From positions 26,724,001 to 26,788,000 of the forward strand of contig CM119371.1 in the NCBI GenBank assembly GCA_051294905.1: a stretch of 64,000 bases of DNA, read 5' to 3'. The notes below the pieces were generated by a model. It was not told the origin of the DNA. It did not search any database and saw only the letters and a list, made by a program, of their open reading frames with translations. Source of the stretch: Botryllus schlosseri. Taxonomy: Eukaryota. A program made the translations under genes and the position numbers. Of the stretch, positions 51,579 to 64,000 are shown one piece after another (position 1 is the first letter of the stretch; each line of letters starts with the position of its first letter).

Positions 51579-53682
51579 AAACTCAACAAACTCATTCAAC
51601 ATAGTGATTTCGTGTATGCCATCAACGGTACGTATACGTATACCATTGTTGTAAATGTTGCAGGATATCAGCTGAGCACAAAGGCCTAAATTGTTGAACA
51701 GCGAAAATTCATTGACAGGTCAAGTATCATTTTACAAAAGTACTGTTGCACTCATTGACGCTCAAATATCAAGGAAAAAATCAACTACGGCTTTTCCATT
51801 TTCCATTCCATTTCCTATGCATGATATTTTTTCAAATTGGCCTATGAGTTCTTAAAGCCCACGCTGATTGTTTTTTAGCGTTCGTAATCTAGCATGCATT
51901 AAAATTACGCGGTGAATTTTTGCTATACGGCGATGCAGGTACTTATTTCCCAGCAACTATATCAACTGCGACTTGATTTTATATTCAGATGGTAACTGGT
52001 TTTATATGCATTGGAAATATATATTTCCCATGAGTATAAAATCCTTTCCCTTGGCTAGCTTCGCCTATGATTCAGTCAGCAGCAAGTTACTCCTGATTAT
52101 ACAATGCAGCATACATTGATCTCATAGTCAACGAGATATATGTTGGCGCAAGTCACCGAGCGATATGATTTGTTTGTTTCCGTTGCTTTCGCAACATTGC
52201 GTGGACCTTGGGCGAATTGACATAGTTACATATTTACTATGAGACGACTTCGAACTTTGTAACGTCGAATTCATGGCCATACAGAGTTCGTAACATAAAA
52301 CGGCGAAGTGCAAGCGTCTATTACAGAATGAAATGTTCACGAATTATTTAAATGCTATGCCGAGCAATACCGTTTGTGCTGGCGGGGCGGCTGCCCTCTT
52401 AGAACCCCAAATTATTCAAATTGTAAATCCAAATTACCCGCAGCCTTTGATGTTTCTTCGATATCATTAGGGACGGGAAACAATTACTGAAAATCTAACA
52501 AAATATCATATTGGTGATAAGTTTCTGTATAAATCGTATAGGATCTTCTGCGATATTTCAAATTCTTAGTGTATTCAAACACATTTCTGATTCCAGTAGA
52601 GTTTGTTAACACATTTCAGATAGCGGAATCTGCTCAATGTCAGCGGTAGTGGCAATCTTGCTCAGTATGCCGAGAAGGCAGTGTAATATCCCTACAGTAT
52701 CAAAGTATAAAATCCCAAGATATTGTCTGTAAATTAGTGCAGGCTATTAAACTGGTTTTACCGATACTGGGACATTAAATTATATTCAGTTCCTACCAAA
52801 TAAGATTTTATCTCATGGGTATGGTGTGCCAATACAGCAGAATGGGCTCGTTTCTCACTATACAGGTTACCTGTAGCATTTGCAGGAAACCAGTAATGAG
52901 ATTAGAATTATAGCATCGGAGCAATATGCCAAATATATATGCATACACCAATGACTTAGTTTGCACATGAATGCTTCAGACGTAAAAACGTGCGAGAAGG
53001 CTGGATTTTTTGTGGATAGCAGGATTTCCTACAGTCTTTGAAAATTAATATGCGTGTTCCTATATAAATAAAAGTGTAGCGATACTACTAGCTTCACCAT
53101 CCCCACTACCAGTTCGATCTGACGTATTTAGAATTACAACTATACTAAAATGTCTATATGCATCACCGGCTCTAACTGCGATTAGAACTCTGGACCTAGT
53201 ATAGCCTACCTCCTGGTTGTTAAACTACGTCAAACTGACAATTTATGGTACGGAGCCTGCGCATTGTGCGCAATCATGGATACGTAAGATCGGCACCTTC
53301 TGGACAACAAATATTCGTTTTAGGTATTCCGAAACCAATATATAATTTGCTAATCATTAGTGAAATATTGTGCCGAACTACTTTCTTGGAAGTTGACAAT
53401 TGTACGGTTTCTTACTGAAATGACTCCGATAACTGATTGGCCGTGACCTATCTTCTGAGTACCAACAATCGTTTTCGCTGCTATATATTGCTAAGTTGTA
53501 AAGGCGCAACAAGACACACGCTCTGCAATAATTCTTTTAACGCAATCCGTAACATCGTAATATAATAGTCTAATAGTTCATCGGCCGCCTTTTCTATCGC
53601 TAGCGGATCGTTATTTATTTACAATTAGCAAACATTCCGTACTCCTATAAACCAGAGGAGAGCGACCGAGCATTGATCTCGT

Positions 53683-54186
53683 ATGGACTGCGATATGATA
53701 CATAATGTTGACCTCAACTATCCGAGGCTTTACGATTTCGCTTCATTTCAGTTCTTTTTGCAAAACCTCATCAACGAGTCGACCATTCTAAGTTTTAAGT
53801 CCTATATTTATGTAGTGTACGAATATAAGTGCCACTGTGATTGTGGCTACGTGGGAAGAACGTCAAAACGTCTGCAGGAACGCATAAACCAACATGTCCC
53901 CAGATTTATCAGAACACGTGCTTCACACTCAGTGAAAAGCTCACCCTTAACTCATCCGCTTAAGATTGATGCTGACCGATCAAATGCCATTAATTCTGCC
54001 ATCAGCAAACATCTGTTAGATAATCCGATTTGTCCGAATAATTATCGAGACGACCGATTTCGAATCGTTGGGCGGGGCCGTTCAGAATTCCATTTGTGTG
54101 CCTTGGAGTCGACTTTTATCAAAATACACCAACCAAAACTCTGTCAACAAAATAAGTTCGTGTACCACCTAAAAATAGTACATTGA
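53683..54186 (+). mobile_element. 5'-truncated Penelope-like retroelement: GIY-YIG endonuclease C-terminus
   Basis: VVYEYKCHCDCGYVGRTSKRLQERINQH ... SAISKHL ... LESTFIKIHQPKLC; no upstream reverse transcriptase is visible, and similarity starts at ~53790. Confidence 0.85.
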
Positions 54187-56173
54187 ACGCTCTCTCTTTA
54201 ATGCTGGTGACGTCATATTTGTGATACGATTATTAATATACGATGTTCTTTCCAATTGCATCGTTTTATGCCAAGTCATTTGGAATTCCTAACGCACAAC
54301 ATCGAATTCTTACTCAAATTAGTACGGTTTTGAAATTTTCCAGCTCATGTGAAATCTGGTCGGAACGGAAAGGTTTGTGTGACTGCCTTTTTCGGCAAGC
54401 ATTTTGCTAATAATCAGGAGTTTTAGAATGCTATTCCCGTGTCTGTTCATTTTCCCTCATAAGCAGTCCCCTCAAAATAAACAGTCAGCCGAGTGGGTTT
54501 GCAAGTGTAGGTGAATAACCGCGTTTAGTTAAAAATCAACGTAACCAGATTACACTGGTCCACACTTTTGAACGAAATATTTGTTGACTTTGATTTTGCA
54601 ACTGATTTAGGCTAATTTTGTCGTGCTGATTCCAAAAATGCCACTGGTTTTCTTCCATCACGTTCAGTTTTTGCTCTACGACATATGCCCAAAATATGCA
54701 AATTTTCACGAATTTAGCCTAATTATTTTTCCATATCATATAAAAATCCACACTCCGACCATATAATAAAGTTATGTAGCCAAGGGCTCAATTGAATTAA
54801 TTAGAAAATAGGTACTGGTATCGATCTAGGCCGATGATTTCATCCATTTTTGGTTAGAAGATGCACCCATCCGAGGACATTTCACGCACATATTTGAGGC
54901 AAACTGCAGGATATGGCAAAAAAATAAATAAATAATACATCTACTATCAGATACAGGTCCAATGGTCCATTCAGCTTATTAGTGTAACTCAGTGCTTTTC
55001 AACCTTTTTGAGCTTCATTCGCACTTTTTTTGTAGAATAAATTTCATTCGCACAATCTAACCGAAAATTATTATACAAAAAGAAGATGTAAATACAACAT
55101 TAATTTGCTCAGATGTGCGACAAATTGGCTACTATCTATCTTAAGCTATCAAGTGTGTCATTAAAAACCCAACTACTTACGCTCGTTTTGATTTCGTCCA
55201 TTTCACTAAAACCCTTCTCGGCCAAACAAGTTGTTGGGTTTTGTACAAGAACGTCTAATAGTGCTTGGACAGCCATGTTTTAAAATCTGTTCTGCACTCC
55301 TATCCAAAATACAACGCATTTTCACCAGTGAAAAATGCTTGCTGGAAGAAATCGATTTTGAGAGCTGACAAAAAGGTCCGGGATGAGGCTTCAGTATGTC
55401 AAAATGGTGAAAAACGCACTTGTTTGTGTTGAGGCTTTTGCCTTGTGTCTTGGAAAATGAGGCCCAAACGATCAAGGAGAGTAAGCACATTTGAGCTCGC
55501 TACCTTATGATACGTTGCTCCAATTTTTTTTTCGATTTCCCATATTCTGTATCGCGAGTATGTGGGAAGAGCAACTAAACTCACGATGTAATGTACACAC
55601 GTGTGTTCTGCTCTTTAGCTCAATCTAACTTCAGAATTCATAACAGTTTAATAACGTTAAACCTGCTTTTTAGACTATACGACCAAATTCTGAGTTTTTG
55701 CGGCATCTATGACCCGAGCCTCACCCATGAAAATGAATTCATTTTTAAAATTAGACCAATATGCTATGATTTTACGGACATGCATGACATACAGAACGCG
55801 CACACCACAATTCCATCCAACACAGCTCTACAAAATGTATCTGACGCACGCGATCTCAAATTAGGGTCAATTAAATTCATCTGCCTGTCGCAGATGTACT
55901 GCTGTCTACTCAGTTTGCAAGAACGGGACTATTCCGTGCCGACAACGGAGCATATCCATATCGAATGGTTTGGTCATCCAGCATCGGTCATTTCGTGACC
56001 ACGGTTTTGTCGACGCTTTTGTTTTGACACCGCATTTTAACGGCCGTTTGTTGACCAGAACTTTACGTCTTCATTTGACCCGAACAGAAGGGGTTGGCCT
56101 CGAAATGAATGAGTCTCATAGACCTGGACTCGCTCGTTGCACATCCATAGTTTCTACACTAGTTCATCTCAAC

Positions 56174-57426
56174 TAGAGCCCGACCGATATTGGATTTCTG
56201 AGCCGATACCGATAAGACCGATATCCAGTACCTTCACCGATAACCCCGATATATTCAGCCGATATTCAAAAGATATGGAATCTAGCTCAAGACCCATATT
56301 TAACACCTCAGAGCATTCATTTCAACAACTTGACAGCCATTGATATGCTTGAACATGAAATAAATGATCTAGGAGCTATAAAAATATATCAAAAGCACCA
56401 GTCCAGCAGTTGCGGATTACAGTTCACGAAGCACAATTTCTCGGCCTTTTCTCCAAGGAGTGCACTTCTGTGGTCTTAATAAATGATGTATATAGTACTA
56501 AACACAGTGAGCAGTCTTTCACTTGGTACCATAGTTAGTGACACAGCAATTGTAAATCTTTCTTCAATTCGGTTCCACCGCTTCCTTGCAGGGGATCTTT
56601 CCTTCAATGGTTCCACCAAATATTGATATTCTTCTGGCAGTGCACCAGGAGCCTTCAGCACATCAATAACAAATAGCTGAAGAAAATGTGCAAAACAACT
56701 CACATTGTCCACGTCTGCAACTGCTCCACCCATCCCCCTTGGGTCTTGACCATGACCAGCATTTCAACAATCAATTGATCAATATTTCACGCTCGTTTGC
56801 CAGAATTGGCCAATGCCATCATGGAATCAAAAATTTTCGTAGCAATTATTGGCTTTACTCTACGGTTGCTTGATTTTCTTGCCCTCTATGCTCGCATATT
56901 TCCTATCATGGTGGCCCCGTAGGCCTCAGTCAGACGACTTCATACATTACTGGTATAATTCTCGCTGTTGGTACCGAACCAATAGCACTATCTTCAGAGA
57001 AATGTTTCGACGCGACGCTTTTCTCTATCATCACGAGGGTCAGTCCAGCATGATTGAAGTTCTCATTTCTCTTAGTGATTGAGATCTTCTGCAGACGACT
57101 ATCCATCCAGCTGCTCTCTGTCTTTGGTGATCGATCACTGCAGGGGGATTCCCACGAAGTCAGTGGGGCATAACGGAGGTTAGTGATCTATAATATTTTT
57201 CACATAGGCACGCCTACTGCCCTGTATGCAGTATTGCACTATACGCAGCTTGACCATTTATTTTTATAATTTACCGACTTCACATCTTCTCTGACTCACT
57301 GCCACCATGTTGTGACGTCACGAAAATGCCGATATTTTTTTACCTCCAATGGCCGATACCGATATTTCTCTCCAACCGTTATATCGACTCGATATTATCG
57401 GCGAGCCGATAATCGGTCGGGCTCTA
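56174..57426 (-). mobile_element. Internally deleted hAT element (ccgata-rich ends) with transposase scraps
   Basis: TIR tagagcccgaccgat / atcggtcgggctcta; TSD ATCTCAAC / ATCCCAAC; minus-strand CFAHFLQL and VPSERL motifs. Confidence 0.85.
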
Positions 57427-57870
57427 ATCCCAACGGTCTTCAACCATGTATTCCAGGAGAAAAAAGAGTAGTACAAATCTTATCATGAATTCTCTTGATA
57501 AAGCCATATTTTCCCCGTGTCTCGCTTATTGGCTACAGTAGGCCTACACAATACCTTCATATCAGATTTGTAAAAACTATAGCAGGGTTCAATAAATTCA
57601 ACAAATATTACATATACATATTAACAGATAGCTCTGGCACCGTGTCGACCCAAAATTATACCCTTTGCGGTCCATGCTTAATAACCCTTGAAGGGGTAAA
57701 ATTTGCGTTACAGTAACTTGCAAATGGGAGTCTGTAATGATGGTATTTATACTACTATCCTCGTGCCTCGCACTAATCGAACAGGTATTACGAAAGTATG
57801 ATGATTGTTTAGCGAAAGAAAGCAGAATATCAATTTAACGTCATTTTTCCAGTCTGTGGCAGGCTCAGAC

Positions 57871-57912
57871 TATAGATAACTAACCTACGTTAACCTAGGT
57901 TAGTTATCTATA
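57871..57912. repeat. Perfect 17-bp-stem hairpin
   Basis: tatagataactaaccta-cgttaacc-taggttagttatctata. Confidence 0.85.
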
Positions 57913-58783
57913 CTCGGACGTGCTGATATACTGTATGTCTGCCACTACACAAGTTCCCAAACCAGGCTTTTGGTAATGTAATAATTATAGTGCGAAAATA
58001 ATAATTCACTATGGCTTGTGAGAGCTACGATTTGTGATAGGTCGTAAGTTAAACAAGTTTTACTATTGCGTCGCAGCAACAAAAGTTACACTGCCTTCGA
58101 ATTTCATATTAGGTTTATTTGAATTATTCCAGGTCAGAAATATTAAAAATAACTATTCGCAATTTTCATTCGCACTTATCCGGGATTTTCATTCGCACCG
58201 TTCGCACCACCTTCGTCATTCGCACTCATCCGGGATTTTCATTCGCCCCGTTCGCACCATGTTCGTCATTCACACTGCAATTTTTTTCATTCGCACAAGT
58301 GCGAACCGTCACACAGGTTGAAAAGCACTGGTGTAACTTGAAACTGCTATAGCCTATGTTCGATAAATTGAAGCAAGATGAAGATGTTATGGATAGCAGG
58401 CCTAATGATGAAGGTTTTGAAGTCGAAGATGATTCAGAACGTGGTGTATTTCATCAACACAAGTTATTGATCTGACATAAGCTTTCGGACTTGGAATAGA
58501 AACTTTCGGAACCTTTAACATTCTTATGAAGTGAGAACAGATTACTTGGCAAGGTAAAGAAGTTATCTCACTTTCGATCAGGAGAATTAGCCTTTTCTTC
58601 GTCGGCCTACTATCGGTAGCTATTTGTATTGCCGTGATACTGGTATTGGCATAATACTGTCACCACGGATTACTGGAGGAGTTAGGAATTCCGATTTACA
58701 ACTCAAGTGAATGGCAAATGCCTATAGGCAGCTCAAAAAGGATCCTAAAAAGTGTGACATTCTACAAAATGGCACCGTCTTAG

Positions 58784-60094
58784 CAGGGCCGTAACAGAAC
58801 TTCGTCACCCCCCCCCAAAACGTTGGTCTTGGGCCCCCATAAGGTGACAAACCTAACGTCTGGGGGGCGAACCCTCACGCTATACGCTGTTTCCCGCTAC
58901 TTATCATCTACATTGGGGGCCGTTGGGTGAGTCAGCTTTTCCCATCTAAACGCGCGAAGCGCGAGAAAATTCTCGAACTCATGACTAAATCGTTCAATAT
59001 CATCGGGAATTACATATGCTATCAATTTTTCTTATCCTCTCTCTGCTCACGTAATCTGGGTTACCGGTAGAGCGGAGTGAGGTGTGTTTGAAAGGTGTGG
59101 GACCACTCAATAATAATTAAACACCTACCAGTGTACAGTACACCCGTCGGCAGGAACGAAACGGCACTTCGTCAGCCCCCCCAAAAAACAACAGCTTTGG
59201 TTTGGGGCTTCCATTGGGTGATAAACCGACCCACCATTACGTTGTTTACCTTTCGCCACGAAATTACAGATGCAGGCTACCGTTCAGTGAGCCAGCGCGA
59301 AGCGCGAAAATTTTCGATAATTAATGATAAAATCGGTCTATAAGATCGAGAATTGCATGTAATTGCTATCAATTTCTTGCCCTCTCTGCTCACCTAATCA
59401 GATTTACCGGTAGAGCTGAGTGAGCTGTCTTGAAATTGTAGAATCCATAAATAATAATTAAACATCTTCCGGCGGGCGGACCCGTTGGTATGACTTCGTT
59501 ACATGATGTTATTTCGTGACGCCCAATCGCCCAAACGTACTAAACTAAAAGATCACACGCTTTCAAAAATTGATATTTCTTCCTGGCATATAATTTTTCC
59601 CTGTAGTGTGGTATTTGTCTTGTGAGGTTCAGATTGCCAAGACAGGAACATTGGGCTTGGGCGCCAGTCATTTAGGCGCCTATGGGTAATTTAACCTATA
59701 TGTATTTTGTATATATAACAAAGTTTTCGGTCAGCTTAAGGGCAGTCCTTTTCGACCGATGTTGTCTCGATCGTTACCGATTGTTCTGACACACGTCTTG
59801 GAGTCGCATGTTACATGGTCTAAAACTTTATATTTCTTGGTGCATCGTGGCGCGGTAATGGCCAACGCTGATATGCTCATTTCTATAAATCTTGCGTACT
59901 TTTGCTTGGGAGAAGAGTACCCGATAATCAAGATATTTGGCAACCTGAAAACGCACGAAGCGCGAGAAATTTTTGGAAAAGTTGCATAAATTTTTAAAAA
60001 TACCTAATAATTTATGCTAATTCACGAAATAATTTTGGGCCCCTTCGAGCTCGCCCCCCAATGTGGGGTTTGGGGTGCGGCAGTTACGGCCCTG
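58784..60094. mobile_element. Complete CAGGGCCGTAAC-family hAT MITE
   Basis: TIR cagggccgtaac / gttacggccctg; perfect TSD CGTCTTAG. Confidence 0.93.
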
Positions 60095-62121
60095 CGTCTT
60101 AGGTGCAGTAACAATTGCACACTCATTTAGTCTTCTCGAACAATAAAGAAACATTGAGTAGTTGCAATATCACCAGCACGATTGGATCATATGCGTCAGC
60201 TTTTAAATATTGTTTTCTTTGCGGCCAGACAATAGGATGCACAGCTCATGCAACCATGATATATATGTGAAGATGATTGGGATAAGATACCAGAAAAGAT
60301 TGGAGCTTACATATGTTAGCTGACTATCACTCGAGTATCAAATTAGACAACCTACATAATTATGGGTTATGAGCGTAAATTTGGACTCTTTTGAGTAGTG
60401 CTATTTCAAGTGGCGGATTTTCAAAAGAGAGTCGTTTTAGTTCCAGTTGCAAGTTATAACAAATGAGTAGCTCTAGTTCTAGTTGAGTATTTCTAAAATT
60501 GAGTAGTTCCAGTTCCAGTTCTACTCGCGAGTTTTAAAAAACGATTAGTTGTAGTTCTAGTTCTGCATATAGAATATCCAGTAGTCTGTACAAATCTGAA
60601 TATGGAGCTACGCAAGAAACGGAGTTGCGACTTGATTCAAGTCATTGGAAACAACTCCCGGAAGGCCCTAAATTTGAGCTTGTCAATTAAGTTTTTGCGA
60701 ATTCAGTAGTTCGGAATACAATCTATATCCAAATAGAACTTTAGTCATGCTTCGAATGTAATGTGGAAGAAAATTACAGCTAAAATTATAATTATTACGT
60801 ATTTTGGGAAACTGAAAATTTTCTAGTCTGCTTATAGGACGATTCGAGTGCTCGAATCCGTATGCAATAACGATGATAATGATTCTAGCGGAGAAGAGAG
60901 AGCCGGTATATTTCGGCAACTGGAATTATGCGCCACTTGACCCTACAGGTATGAGCTGGGCAAGATCGTGGAGACATTTCCCTGCATCTAGTGTACCACC
61001 CGCAGTATTGTCACAAAGCGCAATGCAATATTTTTATGTTGGAAGAGCACCAAATAAATTTCAATGCAGTGTATCCCTGTAATTTTTTCCTGACATGAGA
61101 TCTATCTTTCAACTTACCATTTCTCCATACTGCTATGACGCCGTAATGTGCGATCCTCGAACCAAAGCCTAATATTTGATTCGAAATTGAATCACCTGCA
61201 AAATACCGTTTTCTGCGTCGTATTCAAATGGTTTTTGTCTACTCGCTCATGTAGACATGCTTTTTTGTACTACTTCCATTTGTCCTTGGACAATATTATT
61301 TGTCAAAACCACCTAATTTTCGGACCTTGGTTAATGTGTAAAGTATGATTACATCAATGCTAGTCAGGGGTCAGGTTTGCTGGAACACGAGCTCTCATTT
61401 CGATCTCGCCTTCAGACACATACCACCTCTTTTTGTCTCCTATCCTTTTTATTATCTTTCTTTACTAATCATTTAGTGGGCATATACAATGCACACTCTC
61501 TACATATCCTGGCCTGGTGGAAGTCCGACTTCAAAGACTACTCCAAGTCTATTCGACGCGTTCCTATCTTTTCATTGTATCGCAGTCTTGTGGTGGATTG
61601 AAATGATGAAATAGTTAATAATAAATTGAACCTACATAAATGAAATATGCAAACAAACCGCGCAAAGTAGCCGCTATGTCACAGCATCGGCCTCGACTTT
61701 CGAAAATGCCTCCTAATCATATTGTTAAAAATCTGCTTTTGTGCCGATTGAAAGGAGTAACTCCCGAACAACGATACCGAAAGTCTGGTACTCCTCGACA
61801 AAATCTGCCATTACAAACAACTTACTCGAAAACTTTCCATGCGGTACATTTCCTTTGCACGTGTCTTTGACATCGTTATAACTACTTGTACTCAACTCGG
61901 AATCAAAGCCGTTACACTTCCTCTCGTGTACCAACGATGACTCCTTTGCATCTTAGGTAGCACTCGGAACTAACACTATTTTATTTCCTCAGACTTACAC
62001 CATTGAATAGCCGTGAGATCTGTATTGAACCAAATCAACGATAATGATTTATGACGATCGAGTTAACATGACAAGACATCACGCAGCAGATCTAGTTGCC
62101 AAGTCCGGATCAAATCAGAAT

Positions 62122-64000
62122 TCACCATTCATTTACTTTCCCTGCCATAGTCGCCCGAATATTCTCCATACGAACTGAGCGATCTTTTGGATCTGTCTCC
62201 TTCATAATGCCGACTTCATGCATCCGACACACAGACACGGACGATTCTCCGGCATTCGACGTTTCGATAACGGCTACGTTACGATCCAAATCGTCCAATG
62301 CGAGAGCGCACACTTGTTGTTTTACAGAGATAAAACCCAACTGTTCGTAAATCGACGAGTCGGAAGTGCGGAATAAAATACATCAAACCTGACCGCTCTT
62401 CGGTGGCAATCTTCGTGGGCTCGTGGAGTACATAACACTCAGGCTACGATTGATAAGCAATTGGCATTGATCGAGAGCAGGTACCAACTGAATCAATTTA
62501 AAATCTCTTGTATCCCAAACTTCAGTGTTTATGATCACTTCCAAACGGTTCGGTGGAATACACCGCTGACGGCTTGGTTGAACTCATCAAATCTATGCAC
62601 AGGTAACGTCTGGTGCTTTCGGACATCCTAGAAACACCCGTCGCTTAGGACTAACCGGTCGTCATACGAAAACGTGGCGCGATGTTTTGGTAGAAACACG
62701 ACTGGTTGTCTTCTATATAGGTATCAGCACTCACGTCATTTCCGTAGGTGTTGATAGCCGTGCCAGTGTTGCGGTCGTAGATAATTGCTTGCATTAAAAT
62801 ACTCGTGGCGACTATTTTGTCTTGCACGGTCGTGTAAAATTCGACATAATCAATACTGTCAAAAGTTACCTTTATGTCGAACGTATTGTCCATATAGCTA
62901 AAAGAACACAGTTGTGGGAGTACCAGTTGGATGATCGGGTCAGCATCACGTCTCCGGCGTACGAGGGTTCGATGCTAAATAACGGCCGAATCAAAAACTC
63001 CTGTCTTGATGCGATCTTTGAAGTTTGACGCTTTGGAGAAGTGAAAATTTCCAGCACTGTCTCCGAGAATGAGCTCGCAATCGTCATCGTGACTGAACGC
63101 AACAGACGTGAAGCGCTAATTTTGATCCCTGGTAGGCCGGGTCTCTCCAGCAGGTCTGAATCGGCAGTAAATCATTCTCAATTCGTGCCTCATACCGCCC
63201 CATTCAGGATAAACCCCTTGTCGATAACAGTGTCGTTTTTGGATGTTGATCGATGCTTCAATTTTGTTCGTAGGCTTGGAGCAACGGCGGCGGATGAATA
63301 GAGAAAACGGCGGCAAAGGTACTACCGGATTTCGACTTTGAGTGTTTGTGATTGCTGCATTTCTCTATGAAAGAATTGAGAGTAACACACCGAGCGATAT
63401 CATGTTCTGCAATAAACCTTTTGCTAGGTTCGAATTTTTTCACATATTGATCCGTGAATAAAAAGTTATGATCTGCATCTGGAAAAGCCTCAACGATAAG
63501 TGTCCTGCGAGGATCCGACAAAACAGACAAATATAAATAATCGGCAGAAAGTCATCATCATACCCTGCGCCGCAAGTCTTTGAGGCAACATTACTTGTCA
63601 TCACATTCTTCCATTTAGCGTCGAGAATTGCTCTTCTTGTTACGATTCCTTTCAAGAGTAACTTCACATTGTTGCCAAACTTGACGTCTAGCTGTTTGTT
63701 GTCTTTGCGGATGGGCTTCCGGATAGATTCATGTATTTTGCTGGTCAACACGTGAAGCTTTGGTGAGATCTCACGCACTGGATGGTATTCCGCAAGTCCT
63801 ACGAGCGCTTTACAAGTAAAGTAACGGGTTTCGTCTGCCGTACGTGCCGGCTTCGTGACACCTAACAAAGATAGCAGGGTGTTCAAACCATCTGCCTGCC
63901 GAATGAGTTTCTTTAACTTCACGTTTCTTCTTGTTACACCATGGTGCAGCGTGCACTTTAAAAGGTTCACGTCTGGATGCATAATAGTGTTGATAACAAG
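62122..64000 (-). pseudogene. DCAF1: Intronless, frameshifted DCAF1/VprBP-like pseudogene (armadillo-like end through WD40), 5' part outside the window
   Basis: Successive blocks match DCAF1 as I recall it: GLNTLLSLL..TKP...ADETR..TCKALVGL; PPFSLF...[40 protein letters not shown]...SVCRMHEVG. They are spread over several frames, with a TAG at 62628-62630. Confidence 0.85.

Larger units (their letters stand above)
54990..58330. mobile_element. 3.3-kb defective hAT element (includes nested 56174-57426)
   Basis: TIR cagtgcttttcaacc / ggttgaaaagcactg; perfect TSD GTGTAACT; ttcattcgcac subterminal repeats. Confidence 0.92.
54553..60400 (+). mobile_element. Decayed Chapaev3/CMC-like transposon fragmented by nested hAT elements
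   Basis: TTA|CACTGG left end. Remnant reading LGIPIYNSSEWQMPIGSSKRILKSV..LQNG (58682-58773) resumes after the MITE as LGAVTIAHS...LQYHQHDWIICV, matching the EWRLFIDSSKRSLK.VLLHNG...P..HS...W.IC.D block. The family name is from memory and the right end was not found. Confidence 0.55.

Overview
AT-rich, repeat-dense animal genomic DNA; the NLR style and transposon content suggest a marine invertebrate, possibly an ascidian (inference only). Four main things are present. (1) A near-perfect giant palindrome from base 1 to 4754, with arms of at least 2355 bp and a 44-nt loop of degenerate CCCTAA telomere-like repeats. (2) A minus-strand NACHT-LRR (NLR-type) gene that I can splice by hand through four in-phase coding exons (48611-48536, 48328-48179, 41696-40302, 21371-21055; 646 codons, 3' end unresolved). 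It has no death-fold N-terminus but a short N/Q/V-rich, RHIM-like candidate motif, and its Walker B reads DGLDQ. (3) Deeply nested DNA transposons: a near-intact 3.6-kb hAT (hATm-like) element inside a PIF/Harbinger-like element, next to a PHD-finger MULE remnant; Kolobok-, Chapaev3-, Charlie-, EnSpm- and Penelope-like remnants; and more than 10 hAT MITEs with readable 8-bp target-site duplications (TSDs). (4) An intronless, frameshifted DCAF1/VprBP-like pseudogene at the right edge. Most short ORFs in the track are spurious. Family names come from motif recognition, not database searches.
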